Shown here piece by piece: positions 24,638 through 39,691 of a DNA stretch of 64,000 bases. The position numbers and the translations under genes were made by a program. The stretch comes from Gammaproteobacteria bacterium. Lineage in GTDB: Bacteria; Pseudomonadota; Gammaproteobacteria; UBA4575. How positions within the stretch are numbered: the first letter of the stretch is position 1; each line of letters begins with the position of its first letter. The notes beneath the pieces are model-generated. The model worked only from the letters and a program-made list of their open reading frames with translations. It did no database searches and was not told where the DNA came from. The stretch covers positions 317,034-381,033 of the forward strand of contig OZ245760.1 of the NCBI GenBank assembly GCA_965227695.1, written 5' to 3'.

Positions 24638-25399
24638 CTAAAATTCTGCGATTACCGGAGCATGATCCGATGGTCTCTCCCAGGTTCTTGGCGTAATGTC
24701 AATTTCACTGCTTTTACAAGTTCGAACAAGCGTTTTACTTGCCAGTATCAAGTCGATTCTCAATCCATGATTACGTCGGAATTTCGCACCGCGATAGTCC
24801 CACCAACTATATTTACTCTCCGGTTGTTCAAATTCACGATAGGTATCGCTCAAGCCAAGAGCCAGCAGGTTCTGAAATGCTTTTCTTTCAGCATCACTAC
24901 AAAGTATCTTGCCATGCCAAAGCTCGGGATCATGTACGTCGCGGTCATCCGGCGCGATATTAAAATCTCCAAGGACAACGACTTTTTTATGTTTTTCCAG
25001 CTCCTGGCGGACATATGCCGTGACTTTTTCCAGCCAGTCAAGTTTATAGAAATACTTATCACTGCCGACTTCCGCACCATTGACGACGTAAAGATTAATT
25101 ATTCTTACTCCGTTCACCGTCGCTCCAAGAATGCGCCGTTGCGGATCGTCGAGATTATCAATATCCGTGACTATATCCTTAAATGCCGCTTTAGCTAATA
25201 TCGCGACACCATTATATGTTTTCTGCCCGGAATATATGACATTATAGCCAGCCTCGACTATTTCAGTGGTTGGAAAATCTTCATCACGCAATTTTGTCTC
25301 CTGGACAGCAAGAATATCAACAGGATTCAGTGTTAGCCATTCCAGCACCTGTGGTAATCGAACGCGTAGAGAATTTACATTCCAGCTGGCTATCTTCAT
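24638..25399 (-). CDS. xthA: exodeoxyribonuclease III
   Basis: MKIASWNVNSLRVRLPQVLEWL...LAVQETK...GDFNIAP...SDHAPV, a close match to E. coli XthA. Start set at the internal MKIASW rather than ORF-track 25483. Confidence 0.85.
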   Translation of the reverse strand: MKIASWNVNSLRVRLPQVLEWLTLNPVDILAVQETKLRDEDFPTTEIVEAGYNVIYSGQKTYNGVAILAKAAFKDIVTDIDNLDDPQRRILGATVNGVRIINLYVVNGAEVGSDKYFYKLDWLEKVTAYVRQELEKHKKVVVLGDFNIAPDDRDVHDPELWHGKILCSDAERKAFQNLLALGLSDTYREFEQPESKYSWWDYRGAKFRRNHGLRIDLILASKTLVRTCKSSEIDITPRTWERPSDHAPVIAEF

Positions 25400-25403
25400 A
25401 GAA

Positions 25404-26027
25404 CTAGTAGGCAAGTTGGTAACCCCAGAGACGTTTTTTCTCTTTAAATCGCTTGAGTATGTAGGCAGACAGGAAGCCAACACTGAACGAAATTAAAAAC
25501 AAAACCAGGATTATCAGATTTATATTGTATTTTTCCGCAAGTGCGTATTTTGCAAGTTCACCGGATTGTTGTTCAAGTTTATCTTCCAGGTTGCGTCGTG
25601 TCGCCGTTAACCTTTCTATTTTACTGGCCAGTGTCGCGACAGTATTCCTGAGTTGATCGTTTTCTTTTGCTGTCTCACTGTCAAAATTTTTGAGTTTTGA
25701 CTCTGCCCTGCTTAACTGATTGGCAAGAGTTTCTTTTTCCCTGGTTAAATTAGCAACTTTGTAGGCCGCGGGGATCTTATCTGTTAAGAACCATGATTGC
25801 ACCCAACCCGTGCGACCATCACTGGTCTTAACGCGTGTGTAACGCTTGTGTTTTTCAACGATAGTAAGCTTATCTCCACTCGACAGGTTGGCGATCACTT
25901 CTGCGTCAGTTCCAGTTGAAGCACGTAATTTAAGCTTTAGAATATCTGTCACATAAACGGTTTCTGCCATGCTGTATCCAGGGGTAAGCAGTAACAGTAT
26001 AAATAAAAATCTTTTTTTAATATCCAT
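25404..26027 (-). CDS. SH3-domain protein (TIGR04211-like): signal peptide, bacterial SH3, coiled coil, C-terminal TM anchor
   Basis: N-terminal signal peptide. SH3b-like region VYVTDILKLKLRASTGTDAEVIANLSSGDKLTIV. Long coiled coil. Terminal hydrophobic helix. Confidence 0.6.
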   Translation of the reverse strand: MDIKKRFLFILLLLTPGYSMAETVYVTDILKLKLRASTGTDAEVIANLSSGDKLTIVEKHKRYTRVKTSDGRTGWVQSWFLTDKIPAAYKVANLTREKETLANQLSRAESKLKNFDSETAKENDQLRNTVATLASKIERLTATRRNLEDKLEQQSGELAKYALAEKYNINLIILVLFLISFSVGFLSAYILKRFKEKKRLWGYQLAY

Positions 26028-26167
26028 GTGTTGATCCTCAGTTAGACCAGGTCCAGGCTCAATGAGGAATGTTTCACACTTTGTGCATGACTTCTATGCT
26101 TGCCAACATATCCTTGTATATAAAGGCGACAAGCGACAAAATTTCATGGATCACAGGTTAAATCCTG

Positions 26168-29688
<3,521 letters not shown>

Positions 29689-30783
29689 TTAGAGTCGCAT
29701 CGGCATGACGACGTACTTGCGGGTCTCCACGTCCGGACACACAATGAGCAAACTGCTATTGGTATCCTGCAAATGAAATTGAACATCACTGCATCTGACA
29801 GTGTTTAACACATCAACCAGGTAGCTCACGTTAAAGCCAATTTCAATTGCCGGGCCATTATAGGTGATGTCCAACTCTTCTTCGGCTTCTTCCTGTTCAG
29901 GATTATGGGCTTGAATCCTTAAGAGATTATCGCTGAACCCAAGGCGGACCCCGCGGTATTTCTCATTACTGAGGATAGAAGCACGCATGAGGCTGGCACG
30001 CAGTGGCTCACGCGCCAATGTCGCGATATTCTGATGGCCTTCAGGAATGACGCGCTGATAATCAGGAAATTTTCCATCAATGAGCTTGGTAACAAAACGG
30101 ATATCACCCAAATTGGCTAACAAGTGGTTCTGGCTAAAGGCGAGGTCAACGCTACCACTCGCGGCTGTCAATATCCGCATAAATTCCTGCACGGCTTTTT
30201 TAGGCACAATTACCTGCCTGTCTTCGACATCGCTATCGAGATCCGTATCTGCCATGGATAATCTGTGGCCATCTGTCGCCACAGTTCTAAGTTTACCCTC
30301 CCGGGATTCCATCATCAGGCCATTGAGGTAATAACGTACGTCCTGTTGTGCCATGGCAAATGAGGAGTCTTCAATTAACGCATGCAATTTATCCTTGTCG
30401 ATGGTTATCGTTTGATCAACATTAATTTCGTCAACCAAAGGAAACTCATTTGCAGAAAGTGTCGCCAAAGTGAAGCGGCTTTTACCCGACCTGATTTCTG
30501 CCTTATCATTTAATAATGAAAACTCAATGTCACTGCTTTCTGGCAATGATTTACATATATCCAGTAATTTTCTGCCGGGTACAGTGACTGACTCACCTTC
30601 GGGACTGATATCAATCGTGGCGGAAACTTCCAGCTCAAGGTCCGTCGCACTGATTACCAGCCGTCCATTCACGTTTCTGAGTAAAAAATTCGACAATATT
30701 GGCATCGTCTGCCGTCGTTCAACTGCCCCAATAATGAGTTGAATGGGTTTTAATAAATCTTCTCTCTGAATACTGAACTTCAT
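29689..30783 (-). CDS. dnaN: DNA polymerase III beta sliding clamp
   Basis: 364 aa. MKFSIQREDLLKPIQLIIGAVERRQTMPILSNFLL. Confidence 0.95.
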   Translation of the reverse strand: MKFSIQREDLLKPIQLIIGAVERRQTMPILSNFLLRNVNGRLVISATDLELEVSATIDISPEGESVTVPGRKLLDICKSLPESSDIEFSLLNDKAEIRSGKSRFTLATLSANEFPLVDEINVDQTITIDKDKLHALIEDSSFAMAQQDVRYYLNGLMMESREGKLRTVATDGHRLSMADTDLDSDVEDRQVIVPKKAVQEFMRILTAASGSVDLAFSQNHLLANLGDIRFVTKLIDGKFPDYQRVIPEGHQNIATLAREPLRASLMRASILSNEKYRGVRLGFSDNLLRIQAHNPEQEEAEEELDITYNGPAIEIGFNVSYLVDVLNTVRCSDVQFHLQDTNSSLLIVCPDVETRKYVVMPMRL

Positions 30784-31021
30784 AGCTGATTAATAATATA
30801 ATTTATAGTTAAAGAATTATTATTATTATAGACCCGATTCTCTGTGGATAACCAAAATTTATTCAAATTTATCAATAAGTTATTTGTTTATTAATTTGTG
30901 CATAACATTTTAAGTTAACTGGATAACATCCGACGTAATTATATTTTATTTCTGATTAAAAAGTTATCCATAGTTATTCAGGCAGTTGTCCACAGGTTTT
31001 CCCGTGCATCGGATTATGTGA
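30784..31021. promoter_or_regulatory. DnaA-box cluster in the AT-rich dnaA-dnaN spacer (candidate oriC and/or dnaN regulatory region)
   Basis: Perfect box tgtggataa at 30843-30851. One-mismatch boxes ttatccata (30964-30972) and ttgtccaca (30986-30994). A weaker ctggataac (30919-30927). The spacer is about 80% AT with an attattattatta tract. Confidence 0.5.
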
Positions 31022-32356
31022 CTAATTACTAAGTATACGTAATAGATTAACGTAGTCGTCATTTATTTTTACATCACTTTGACGCAGTTCTTTTGTTTTT
31101 CGACAGGCGTGAAGAACTGTCGTATGGTCACGACCGCCAAAAGCTTCCCCTATTTCAGGAAGACTATGGTTGGTAACTTCTTTTGCAAGCGCCATGGCTA
31201 TTTGTCTGGGACGGGTGATTGATCGTGTGCGTCTCGAAGAGTTCAAATCGGAAATACGTATCTTGAAGTACTCTGCCACGGTTTTTTGAATGTTTTCAAT
31301 AGTGATCAACTTTTCCTGTAGCGTAATCAGATCGTGCAATGCTTCTTTAGCAAATTCCAGGGTGATCGGTTTTCCGGTAAATTGAGAATTTGCCATGACG
31401 CGGCGCAAGGCTCCTTCAAGTTCACGGATATTTGATCGAATTCGTTTTGCTATAAAAAAGGCCACTTCATTGGGTAGTTCAACATTCACCGCTTCCGCTT
31501 TACTTTGCATGATGGCGACGCGTGTTTCGAGTTCAGGCGGTTCTATTGCCTGGGTCAGCCCCCATCCAAACCTGGATTTTAGTCTTTCTTCCAGACCATC
31601 CAGTTCTTTGGGATACCGATCGCAAGTGAGAATGATTTGCTGCTGGCCTTCGAGTAGTGCATTGAAGGTATGAAAAAACTCTTCCTGAGAGCGTTCTTTG
31701 CCCGCGAAAAACTGTATATCATCGATCAATAGTGCGTTAACCGAGCGGTAATGTCTCTTGAATTCGTCAATTGCATTATGTTGCAGCGCTTTTACCATAT
31801 CCTGAACAAACCGTTCCGAATGAAGATAAACAACCTTGGCCTGCGGGTTCAGAGCAAGAATCTGGTTACCTATCGCATGCATCAGGTGGGTTTTACCAAG
31901 GCCAACGCCACCATATAGTAACAATGGGTTATAGGCCTGTCCGGGATGGTTGGCGACCTGCAGAGAAGCCGCTTTGGCCAGGACATTTGATTTTCCTTCT
32001 ACAAAACTATCGAAGGTAAAATCCTGATTAAGATTGTGTGTGTAGGCTTTATTGGTTGGAGCCGCCGGTGGTTGTGGCGCTAAGGTGGTTGGAGCCGGTG
32101 CGGTGATATTACGGCTACCTACACTGAGCTGGACCTGGTGAACACCAGAATCCTGGCCAACATTGGCTACCAGCTGCTGAATCCGCTCCAGATAGTGATC
32201 ATTGACCCAGTCCAGTACAAATCGATTGGGAGCAAGCAAGGTTAAAATATGATCATGCTGTTCTGCCTGCAGAGGCCTTATCCAGGTGTTGAGTAATTGC
32301 TCAGACAGCTCGGACTCCAGCTGTTTGATGCATGTATTCCATATCGGGCTTGTCAT
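31022..32356 (-). CDS. dnaA: chromosomal replication initiator DnaA
   Basis: 444 aa, collinear with E. coli DnaA ([16 protein letters not shown], box VII and VIII, C-terminal HTH). Confidence 0.95.
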   Translation of the reverse strand: MTSPIWNTCIKQLESELSEQLLNTWIRPLQAEQHDHILTLLAPNRFVLDWVNDHYLERIQQLVANVGQDSGVHQVQLSVGSRNITAPAPTTLAPQPPAAPTNKAYTHNLNQDFTFDSFVEGKSNVLAKAASLQVANHPGQAYNPLLLYGGVGLGKTHLMHAIGNQILALNPQAKVVYLHSERFVQDMVKALQHNAIDEFKRHYRSVNALLIDDIQFFAGKERSQEEFFHTFNALLEGQQQIILTCDRYPKELDGLEERLKSRFGWGLTQAIEPPELETRVAIMQSKAEAVNVELPNEVAFFIAKRIRSNIRELEGALRRVMANSQFTGKPITLEFAKEALHDLITLQEKLITIENIQKTVAEYFKIRISDLNSSRRTRSITRPRQIAMALAKEVTNHSLPEIGEAFGGRDHTTVLHACRKTKELRQSDVKINDDYVNLLRILSN

Positions 32357-32534
32357 GGGCTTTTAAACTAATTAGGTAGTATTTAATCGAACAGACATGT
32401 TTCATCAGGGATGAGATATTATTCTATTCTGAATGAATGAAGCCTGAAAGCGCATTATAATTATTGACAAATGTGTGGCTGGCAATTACTGTTTGCGCCC
32501 CTTCGAGATTTAATCACAAAACCGGGTAATTGAA

Positions 32535-32669
32535 GTGAAAAGGACTTATCAACCAAGTAATTTGCGCCGTGCACGCACTCATGGATTCAGGGCTCGCATG
32601 AAAACAAGAGGCGGCAGAGCGGTGATTCGTGCCCGCAGAGCACGCGGCAGAGCGCGCCTGTGCCCATAA
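32535..32669 (+). CDS. rpmH: 50S ribosomal protein L34
   Basis: Hand translation from the GTG at 32535 gives [44 protein letters not shown]. Below the ORF-track size cutoff. Divergent from dnaA. Confidence 0.85.
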   Translation: MKRTYQPSNLRRARTHGFRARMKTRGGRAVIRARRARGRARLCP

Positions 32670-32672
32670 CCA

Positions 32673-33038
32673 TTGTGTAAAACAGCCGCAACCAATTGCT
32701 TTACCAGGCAGAATCGTCTGCTTACATCCAAAGATTTTGAGTCAGTTTTTGCCAGGCCAGTCAAGTCAGCTGACGCATACTTCACCGTGCTTGCCAAGCG
32801 ACAACATCTGCGCAACCCCAGGCTGGGGATTATCGTCAGTAAAAAAAATGTACGCACGGCAGTCGCAAGAAATCGAATCAAGAGACTGATTCGGGAAAGT
32901 TTTCGTACCCACAAACATATGATTGAAGCCTTTGATGTGGTAGTAATATGCAAGCAACGATGTGCGGGTACAATTAACAGTAAGCTTTCTCAAAAACTTC
33001 AACATCACTGGAAGTCATTAAAATTTCATGCTGAATAA
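32673..33038 (+). CDS. rnpA: ribonuclease P protein component
   Basis: TTG start 3 nt after the rpmH stop. Basic RnpA-like protein ([35 protein letters not shown]). Confidence 0.85.
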   Translation: MCKTAATNCFTRQNRLLTSKDFESVFARPVKSADAYFTVLAKRQHLRNPRLGIIVSKKNVRTAVARNRIKRLIRESFRTHKHMIEAFDVVVICKQRCAGTINSKLSQKLQHHWKSLKFHAE

Positions 33039-33264
33039 AATCTTTATTGCCATAATACGTTTTTATCAGCTTTGCATCAGTCCGATGCTTGGACCACATT
33101 GTCGATTTACTCCTACCTGTTCGCAATATGCGATCGAAGCGATCCACACACATGGCGCATTTAAAGGGATACTGCTTAGCATCAAACGACTGTCTAAGTG
33201 TCATCCTTTTCACGATGGAGGCGATGATCCGGTTCCACAAAGATCGATGGATAGACACGGATAG
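33028..33264 (+). CDS. yidD: membrane protein insertion efficiency factor YidD
   Basis: 78 aa. [28 protein letters not shown] signature. Overlaps the rnpA end. Confidence 0.85.
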   Translation: MLNKIFIAIIRFYQLCISPMLGPHCRFTPTCSQYAIEAIHTHGAFKGILLSIKRLSKCHPFHDGGDDPVPQRSMDRHG

Positions 33265-33289
33265 ATAAACTTCTTAAAGATTACATTAA

Positions 33290-34945
33290 ATGGACAACCA
33301 ACGCTTTTTCCTATACGTCTCACTATTGTTTGTGCTGTATTTATTATGGAGCTCATGGTCCCGTGAAAATATGGAGCCCGTCGAGCCGAATGTTGCACAG
33401 CAACAGGGCTCGGTCAATCAAAGCCAGGTACAAGACGATGTGCCCGCCGCTGCCGCCGCTGCTGGGCCAGGGTCTGTAGGTTCCAGCGATCCCGGGATCC
33501 AGTCCCCGGATGAGTATGTAACCGTTGAAACTGATGTATATACTCTATTTATCAATACGCGGGGCGCGGATATTCACCGAATTGAATTGAAGACATATCC
33601 AGTAGATATTGACCATAAGGACCAGCCTCTTGTCCTGCTGGATAACCGGGCCAAAACATATATCAGCCAGTCTGGTTTACTACACGACAGGATCGCGAAC
33701 ATAGATGTCGCGTCACTTGCCCCTAATCATCACGATATTTACGAAACTGAAAATAATAAATATGTCCTCGCCGAAGGACAGGATGAATTGATAATCCCGT
33801 TTAAATGGCGAGGTGAAAATAATGTAGAAGTGATCAAGAATTATCGTTTTAACCGCAGCGAATTTTTAATTCATGTTGATTACCAGATAACAAATAGTGG
33901 TGATCAGGACTGGATAGGTCGACAGTATCGACAGTTAAGGCATAGCTATGTCCAGGGTGAGAGAAGTCTGCTTCGACTGCCGACATATACCGGTGGTGCC
34001 TACTATGACACAAAATACGAAAAAATCTCTTTTGATGACATGCGGGAAGAGCCGCTGGCAACAGAAATTACTGGTGGCTGGGCAGGCATGTTACAACATT
34101 ACTTTTTTTCTGCGTGGCTGGCAGAAAAATATGAGACGAATTACTACTATACAAATGTCGTCAATAATAATGTCGGGTCAGATTATATTATTGGTCTGCG
34201 TTCTGAACCTGTCAGAATCGCCCCGGGTGAAACAGCGCAGTTTCAGGGCCGATTATATGCCGGTCCAAAACTACAAAAGAAAATTGAAAAAATTCAGCCG
34301 GGCCTGGAACTGACAACCGACTATGGGATGTTCACTCCCCTGTGCAAACCTTTATTCTGGATTCTGGATTTCATTCATCAGTATGTGAACAACTGGGGCT
34401 GGGCAATTATTCTTGTGACACTGCTGATTAAAATCGTCTTTTACCGATTATCCGCTGCCAGTTATAAATCGATGGCCAGAATGAGAAAAGTGCAACCAAA
34501 AATGGTTGCACTGCGGGAACGTTACGGTGACGATAAACAGAAACTGAATACCGCTCTTTGGGACCTTTACAAGAAGGAAAAAATCAATCCATTGGGCGGA
34601 TGCCTTCCAATCCTGATCCAGATGCCCGTATTCCTGTCTTTATATTGGGTGTTAATTGAAAGTGTTGAAATGCGCCATGCACCATTCATACTGTGGGTGC
34701 AGGATCTGTCATCAAAAGACCCTTTCTTTATACTCCCGTTGCTAATGGGTATATCAATGTTTGTTCAGTTCAAACTGAATCCCAAGCCACCGGATCCAAT
34801 GCAGGAAAAAATATTTATGATCATGCCTGTTTTCATGACAGCATTTATGGCATTTTTTCCGGCAGGGCTCGTGTTGTACTGGTTTGTAAATAACCTGCTT
34901 TCAATAGCACAACAATGGTACATCACCAAGAAATATGCCGATTAA
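33290..34945 (+). CDS. yidC: membrane protein insertase YidC
   Basis: 551 aa with a periplasmic domain and the conserved C-terminal 5-TM core (WGWAIILVTLLIK). Confidence 0.95.
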   Translation: MDNQRFFLYVSLLFVLYLLWSSWSRENMEPVEPNVAQQQGSVNQSQVQDDVPAAAAAAGPGSVGSSDPGIQSPDEYVTVETDVYTLFINTRGADIHRIELKTYPVDIDHKDQPLVLLDNRAKTYISQSGLLHDRIANIDVASLAPNHHDIYETENNKYVLAEGQDELIIPFKWRGENNVEVIKNYRFNRSEFLIHVDYQITNSGDQDWIGRQYRQLRHSYVQGERSLLRLPTYTGGAYYDTKYEKISFDDMREEPLATEITGGWAGMLQHYFFSAWLAEKYETNYYYTNVVNNNVGSDYIIGLRSEPVRIAPGETAQFQGRLYAGPKLQKKIEKIQPGLELTTDYGMFTPLCKPLFWILDFIHQYVNNWGWAIILVTLLIKIVFYRLSAASYKSMARMRKVQPKMVALRERYGDDKQKLNTALWDLYKKEKINPLGGCLPILIQMPVFLSLYWVLIESVEMRHAPFILWVQDLSSKDPFFILPLLMGISMFVQFKLNPKPPDPMQEKIFMIMPVFMTAFMAFFPAGLVLYWFVNNLLSIAQQWYITKKYAD

Positions 34946-34959
34946 CAAGTAATGCTGTT

Positions 34960-36285
34960 GTGTCAAACACAGATACCATTTGCGCGCTGGCAACTGCTGT
35001 AGGGAATGCCAGCGTCGCAGTCATCCGTCTATCCGGTGAACGCTCACTCTCGATCGCTCAACAGGTCACGAAAATTAAGCTCAAGCCTCGTTATGCCCAT
35101 TTGGCATCATTCTATGATGGTGATGATCAAATCATTGACCAGGGTCTGACGATATACTTTCCTGCTCCCAGGTCATTCACTGGCGAGGAGACAGTAGAGT
35201 TGCATCCACACGGCAGTCCGTATGTATGTCAGCTGATCACTCAACAGCTTATCAATCATGGAGCGCGCCATGCTTTACCCGGTGAATTTAGTGAGCGGGC
35301 CTTTATCAACGGTAAGCTGGATTTAACACAACTGGAGGCGATCGCCGATCTTATCAATAGCGGATCCCAGCAGGCCGCCAGGTCGGCGGTTAAATCGATG
35401 CAGGGAAACTTTTCAAAAAAAATAAACCATTTGTTAGAACAGCTGATTCAGATTCGCACCCATATTGAAGCCTCACTGGATTTTGCAGAAGAAGAGATTG
35501 AAACCGAGACACGTGACGCCGTTGAAAGTCAGCTGTCTTCTTTAACAAAACAGATTATCGAGCTGTTTGATATCGCGCAACGGGGAGCACAATTACAAAA
35601 AGGCTATACTGTTGTATTAACCGGAAGCCCCAATGTTGGCAAATCTTCCCTGTTTAACGCGCTGTGTGAGCAAAGCAGGGCTATTGTTACCAGTATCCCG
35701 GGGACCACTCGTGATATTTTATCCGCTGACATACAAATTGATGGTGCACCCATACGCCTTCTGGATACCGCAGGCATACGTGAACATGCTGATCCTGTCG
35801 AGCAACAGGGCATTGAAAGGGCGCAGACGGCGCTGGATAGCGCCGATGTCATCGTACAGCTATTGGATGCAAGCGTGATAGATCAGGATCACCGGTTTGA
35901 CAATGCGTCGGCGCGACATTTACTGGTCGTGAATAAGTGTGACTTAATTGATCACAGAATGCATTTTCCTAGTCATGTCATTGGTGTATCAGCTAAAACC
36001 GGGGAAGGAATACACGGGCTGAGAAAAAGGATTCAGCAAATACTTCATAGTGCACCGGCGCAGTATGAAGCTCCATTCTCCGCGCGAACTCGTCACCTTG
36101 AAGCGTTACAGCGATGTCTGGAGCATTGTCAATCGGCACAAGCGCAAATTGGCACTTCAAACCCCATTGAACTGGCCGCCGAAGAATGTCGTCTTGCACA
36201 GCGGTGTCTGAGTGAAATTACCGGTGAGTTTACCGCAGATGACTTACTCGACTATGTTTTTCGCGAATTTTGTATCGGAAAGTGA
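34960..36285 (+). CDS. mnmE: tRNA modification GTPase MnmE
   Basis: G-domain GSPNVGKSS, DTAGIR, NKCD. C-terminal CIGK. Start tentatively at the in-frame GTG (34960) just after the yidC stop. ORF-track start 34915 overlaps yidC. Confidence 0.85.
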   Translation: MSNTDTICALATAVGNASVAVIRLSGERSLSIAQQVTKIKLKPRYAHLASFYDGDDQIIDQGLTIYFPAPRSFTGEETVELHPHGSPYVCQLITQQLINHGARHALPGEFSERAFINGKLDLTQLEAIADLINSGSQQAARSAVKSMQGNFSKKINHLLEQLIQIRTHIEASLDFAEEEIETETRDAVESQLSSLTKQIIELFDIAQRGAQLQKGYTVVLTGSPNVGKSSLFNALCEQSRAIVTSIPGTTRDILSADIQIDGAPIRLLDTAGIREHADPVEQQGIERAQTALDSADVIVQLLDASVIDQDHRFDNASARHLLVVNKCDLIDHRMHFPSHVIGVSAKTGEGIHGLRKRIQQILHSAPAQYEAPFSARTRHLEALQRCLEHCQSAQAQIGTSNPIELAAEECRLAQRCLSEITGEFTADDLLDYVFREFCIGK

Positions 36286-36335
36286 CATTCGTTACGCTAT
36301 GATTCAGGTCCAGCAAGTCAAAAATTACTATAACT

Positions 36336-38252
36336 ATGCAGCATCAATTTGAAGTCATCGTGATCGGGGGCGGGCATGCCGGAACAGAGGCTGCGCTGGC
36401 TGCGGCCAGAATGGGAATACAAACCCTGTTATTAACGCAAAACATCGAAACCATCGGGCAAATGAGCTGTAATCCCGCCATTGGCGGAATTGGTAAAAGC
36501 CATCTGGTGAGAGAAATTGATGCCATGGGTGGTTGTATGGCGATCGCCGCGGATCATGCCGGGATCCAGTTTCGTGTATTGAATCGACGCAAGGGACCTG
36601 CCGTACGTGCAACACGCGCTCAAACAGATCGCGCTCTGTATCGCCAGTCAATCCGTTCTATCATCGAGAACCAAGTCAACCTGTCCATATTCCAGCAGGA
36701 AGTCGATGACCTCATTGTCGAGCAAGGTCGGGTCAGAGGCGTAATGACCCGCATGGGTCTTAAGTTCAGTGCTCAGGCAGTCATATTAACTGTAGGGACT
36801 TTTTTGGGCGGTAAAATATTTGTTGGTCCGCAAACCTATCAGTCCGGGCGCGCGGGTGATGCCGCCTCCATCCGACTGGCCGACCGTTTACGAGAACAGC
36901 CTCTGGATGTTGATCGCCTCAAGACCGGAACTCCGCCACGCATTGATGGTAAAACAATAAATTATTCGAAAATGGAAGCACAGCCCGGTGATCAACCGCT
37001 GCCGGTTTTCTCATTTATGGGCAATTCCCGGCAACATCCGCGCCAGGTAAACTGCCATATCACATACACTAATGAAAAAAGCCACGAGATTATTCGTCAC
37101 GCCATTCATGAATCTCCGATGTACAGTGGTGCTATTAAGGGCGTGGGACCACGTTACTGTCCGTCAATAGAAGATAAAGTCATGCGCTTTGCCGAGCGTG
37201 AGAGACATCAGGTATTTATTGAGCCGGAAGGGCTGCATACACAAGAAGTCTATCCGAACGGCATTTCCACCAGCCTGCCATATGAAGTACAAATGGAGAT
37301 GGTTCATAGTATTGTCGGGCTTGAAAACTGTCATATCACACGTCCTGGTTATGCCATCGAATATGATTTCTTCAACCCAATGGGCTTACAGCCCACACTG
37401 GAAACCAAATCATTGGCCGGTCTTTATTTTGCCGGACAAATCAATGGCACAACGGGTTATGAAGAGGCGGCTGCACAGGGTTTAATGGCCGGTATCAATG
37501 CTGCGCGACAAGTACAGAATGAAGCACCCGTCGTATTGCGTCGTGACCAGGCCTACATTGGCGTGATGATTGATGACCTGGTGACACGTGGAACTCAGGA
37601 ACCATATCGCATGTTTACCAGCCGGGCGGAATACCGGCTAATTCTGCGTGAAGATAATGCGGATTTGCGATTGACCAGCCTGGCTAACGATCTGGGTTTG
37701 ATTGACCCTGCCCGATGGTCACGCTTTTGCCGGAAAAAAGAAACCATTGAAAAAGAGCAACAACGGCTTGAACGAACCTACATACAGACATCCGACGTTA
37801 ATGAAGAGCAAAGCCTGCGCTTATTTGGCAGCAAACTGGAACATGAATACAGCCTTGCAAATTTACTGCGTCGGCCAGCTGTGAGCTATCAGTCATTCAC
37901 AGAACTGCCGAGACAGGGTCCGTATGTTGAGGATCAGGAGATCATTGAACAAATCGAAATCCAGGCCAAGTATGCCGGATACATGCAGCGACAGGCAGCA
38001 GAAATCGAAAAATCAAAGCGCCTTGAAGATACCGTCATACCTGATCAGTTCGATTATCACAAGATTAAGGGATTATCCAACGAGGTCCTTCAGAAACTCA
38101 CAACAATCAAGCCCAGAACGGTAAGCCAGGCCTCACGAATATCGGGTGTCACCCCGGCTGCGGTTTCTTTACTGCTTGTACACTTAAAAGCGCGCAGTCA
38201 AAAATCGTCTGACATGATACAGAAAGATGTCCGCATGGCTGGTGATGCATAA
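36336..38252 (+). CDS. mnmG: tRNA uridine 5-carboxymethylaminomethyl modification enzyme MnmG (GidA)
   Basis: 638 aa. N-terminal FAD motif [14 protein letters not shown]. Confidence 0.95.
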   Translation: MQHQFEVIVIGGGHAGTEAALAAARMGIQTLLLTQNIETIGQMSCNPAIGGIGKSHLVREIDAMGGCMAIAADHAGIQFRVLNRRKGPAVRATRAQTDRALYRQSIRSIIENQVNLSIFQQEVDDLIVEQGRVRGVMTRMGLKFSAQAVILTVGTFLGGKIFVGPQTYQSGRAGDAASIRLADRLREQPLDVDRLKTGTPPRIDGKTINYSKMEAQPGDQPLPVFSFMGNSRQHPRQVNCHITYTNEKSHEIIRHAIHESPMYSGAIKGVGPRYCPSIEDKVMRFAERERHQVFIEPEGLHTQEVYPNGISTSLPYEVQMEMVHSIVGLENCHITRPGYAIEYDFFNPMGLQPTLETKSLAGLYFAGQINGTTGYEEAAAQGLMAGINAARQVQNEAPVVLRRDQAYIGVMIDDLVTRGTQEPYRMFTSRAEYRLILREDNADLRLTSLANDLGLIDPARWSRFCRKKETIEKEQQRLERTYIQTSDVNEEQSLRLFGSKLEHEYSLANLLRRPAVSYQSFTELPRQGPYVEDQEIIEQIEIQAKYAGYMQRQAAEIEKSKRLEDTVIPDQFDYHKIKGLSNEVLQKLTTIKPRTVSQASRISGVTPAAVSLLLVHLKARSQKSSDMIQKDVRMAGDA

Positions 38253-38288
38253 GCTGGCAGGTATTGATTAGTTTTAACGCTGACCAAA

Positions 38289-38912
38289 ATGGATGCGCGC
38301 ACACACCTGCAAGCGGGAATTAGCCAGCTCGCACTGACGCTATCTGAAAGTCAAATAGAAAACCTGTTAGGTTATGTGCACATGATTCAGGAGTGGAATC
38401 GGGCATATAATCTGGTGGGTACATCCAGTACCGAGATTTTGATTAATAAACATATCCTGGATAGCCTCGCGATCTTGCCTTTTGTCACTCAGGGGCCCGT
38501 ACTGGATGTTGGCAGTGGCGCCGGGCTGCCAGGTATTCCTTTAGCTATTGCGTTACCTGACATATCATTCACCTTACTGGACGCCAATGGTAAAAAAACC
38601 AGATTTATGCGTCATGTCATTATGCAGCTTAAGATGAGTAATATTGATATCGTGCAAAACAGAATAGAGCACTACCAGGCTGAGCCTGCACCAAATATTG
38701 TGTTATCACGTGCTTTCGCACCCGTTGACAAAGCACTGCAACTGATGAGTGACGTGTGTGCACCAAAAGGTACACTGCAGATAATGCTTGGTATGCCCCC
38801 CGCCCGGCTGGAAGATCATGAACAAGGTCATCAGACAAAATTATTTTCCATTTCAGTTCCCTATCTCAATTCACAACGCCACTTGCTGGTCGCACGACGA
38901 GACTCGTGCTGA
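38289..38912 (+). CDS. rsmG: 16S rRNA m7G527 methyltransferase RsmG (GidB)
   Basis: 207 aa. SAM motif LDVGSGAGLPGIPLAI. Confidence 0.9.
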   Translation: MDARTHLQAGISQLALTLSESQIENLLGYVHMIQEWNRAYNLVGTSSTEILINKHILDSLAILPFVTQGPVLDVGSGAGLPGIPLAIALPDISFTLLDANGKKTRFMRHVIMQLKMSNIDIVQNRIEHYQAEPAPNIVLSRAFAPVDKALQLMSDVCAPKGTLQIMLGMPPARLEDHEQGHQTKLFSISVPYLNSQRHLLVARRDSC

Positions 38913-39691
38913 TGGCCCGGATATTTGCGGTAACCAATCAAAAAGGCGGTGTGGGTAAAACTACCACCACCGTCAATCTGGCCGCCTCACTGGCGGCCGC
39001 CAAACGTCAGGTACTGCTGGTCGACCTTGATCCACAGGGAAACGCAACCATGGGTTCCGGAATCGACAAGCGGGAATTGGAAAAATCTGTGGCCGATGTA
39101 TTGCTTGAGCAGAACAGCATTCAAAATTGCATCTACCCAAGTGAAACAGCCGGCTTCGACGTGTTGCCATCGAATGAGCAATTAACGACGGCAGAGGTTG
39201 GTTTGCTTACTGCGCGCGGCAAGGAATTTAAGTTACGCCTGGCGTTACAGCAGGTGACAGAACAATACGATTATATTGTAATAGACTGCCCGCCTGCGCT
39301 GAATATGTTGACAGTGAATGCGCTGGTTGCCGCACAGGCCGTCATTATACCGACCCAGTGCGAATACTATGCCCTGGAGGGACTTTCCGCTTTGCTTGGA
39401 ACAATAGAGCGAGTCAGACAGGGCGCCAATCCTGAATTAAAAGTGGGTGGCGTACTGCGTACCATGTTTGATCCGCGTAACAATCTGGCCAATGATGTCT
39501 CTTCACAGCTTACTTCCCACTTTGGCGACAGTGTTTATCGCACTATCATTCCCAGGAATGTCACGTTAGCCGAGGCACCCAGCCATGGGTTGCCTGTTAT
39601 TCGCTATGATAAAGGTTCGCGCGGTGCACGCGCCTATATCGCGCTGGCCGGCGAGGTGCTCAGAAGGGAAGAATCCACGCAATCTACATGA
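38906..39691 (+). CDS. parA: chromosome partitioning ATPase ParA (Soj)
   Basis: 261 aa. Walker A NQKGGVGKTTT. Confidence 0.9.
   Translation: MLMARIFAVTNQKGGVGKTTTTVNLAASLAAAKRQVLLVDLDPQGNATMGSGIDKRELEKSVADVLLEQNSIQNCIYPSETAGFDVLPSNEQLTTAEVGLLTARGKEFKLRLALQQVTEQYDYIVIDCPPALNMLTVNALVAAQAVIIPTQCEYYALEGLSALLGTIERVRQGANPELKVGGVLRTMFDPRNNLANDVSSQLTSHFGDSVYRTIIPRNVTLAEAPSHGLPVIRYDKGSRGARAYIALAGEVLRREESTQST

Noticed and set aside
32579-33258. Minus-strand ORFs (80-124 aa) across rpmH, rnpA and yidD
   Set aside because: They overlap three conserved, tightly packed genes on the other strand. Arg-rich frame-shifted translations of the same DNA.
36344-36651. Three overlapping minus-strand ORFs (60-98 aa) at the 5' end of mnmG
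   Set aside because: Antisense to the highly conserved FAD-binding N-terminus of MnmG. Shadow ORFs.
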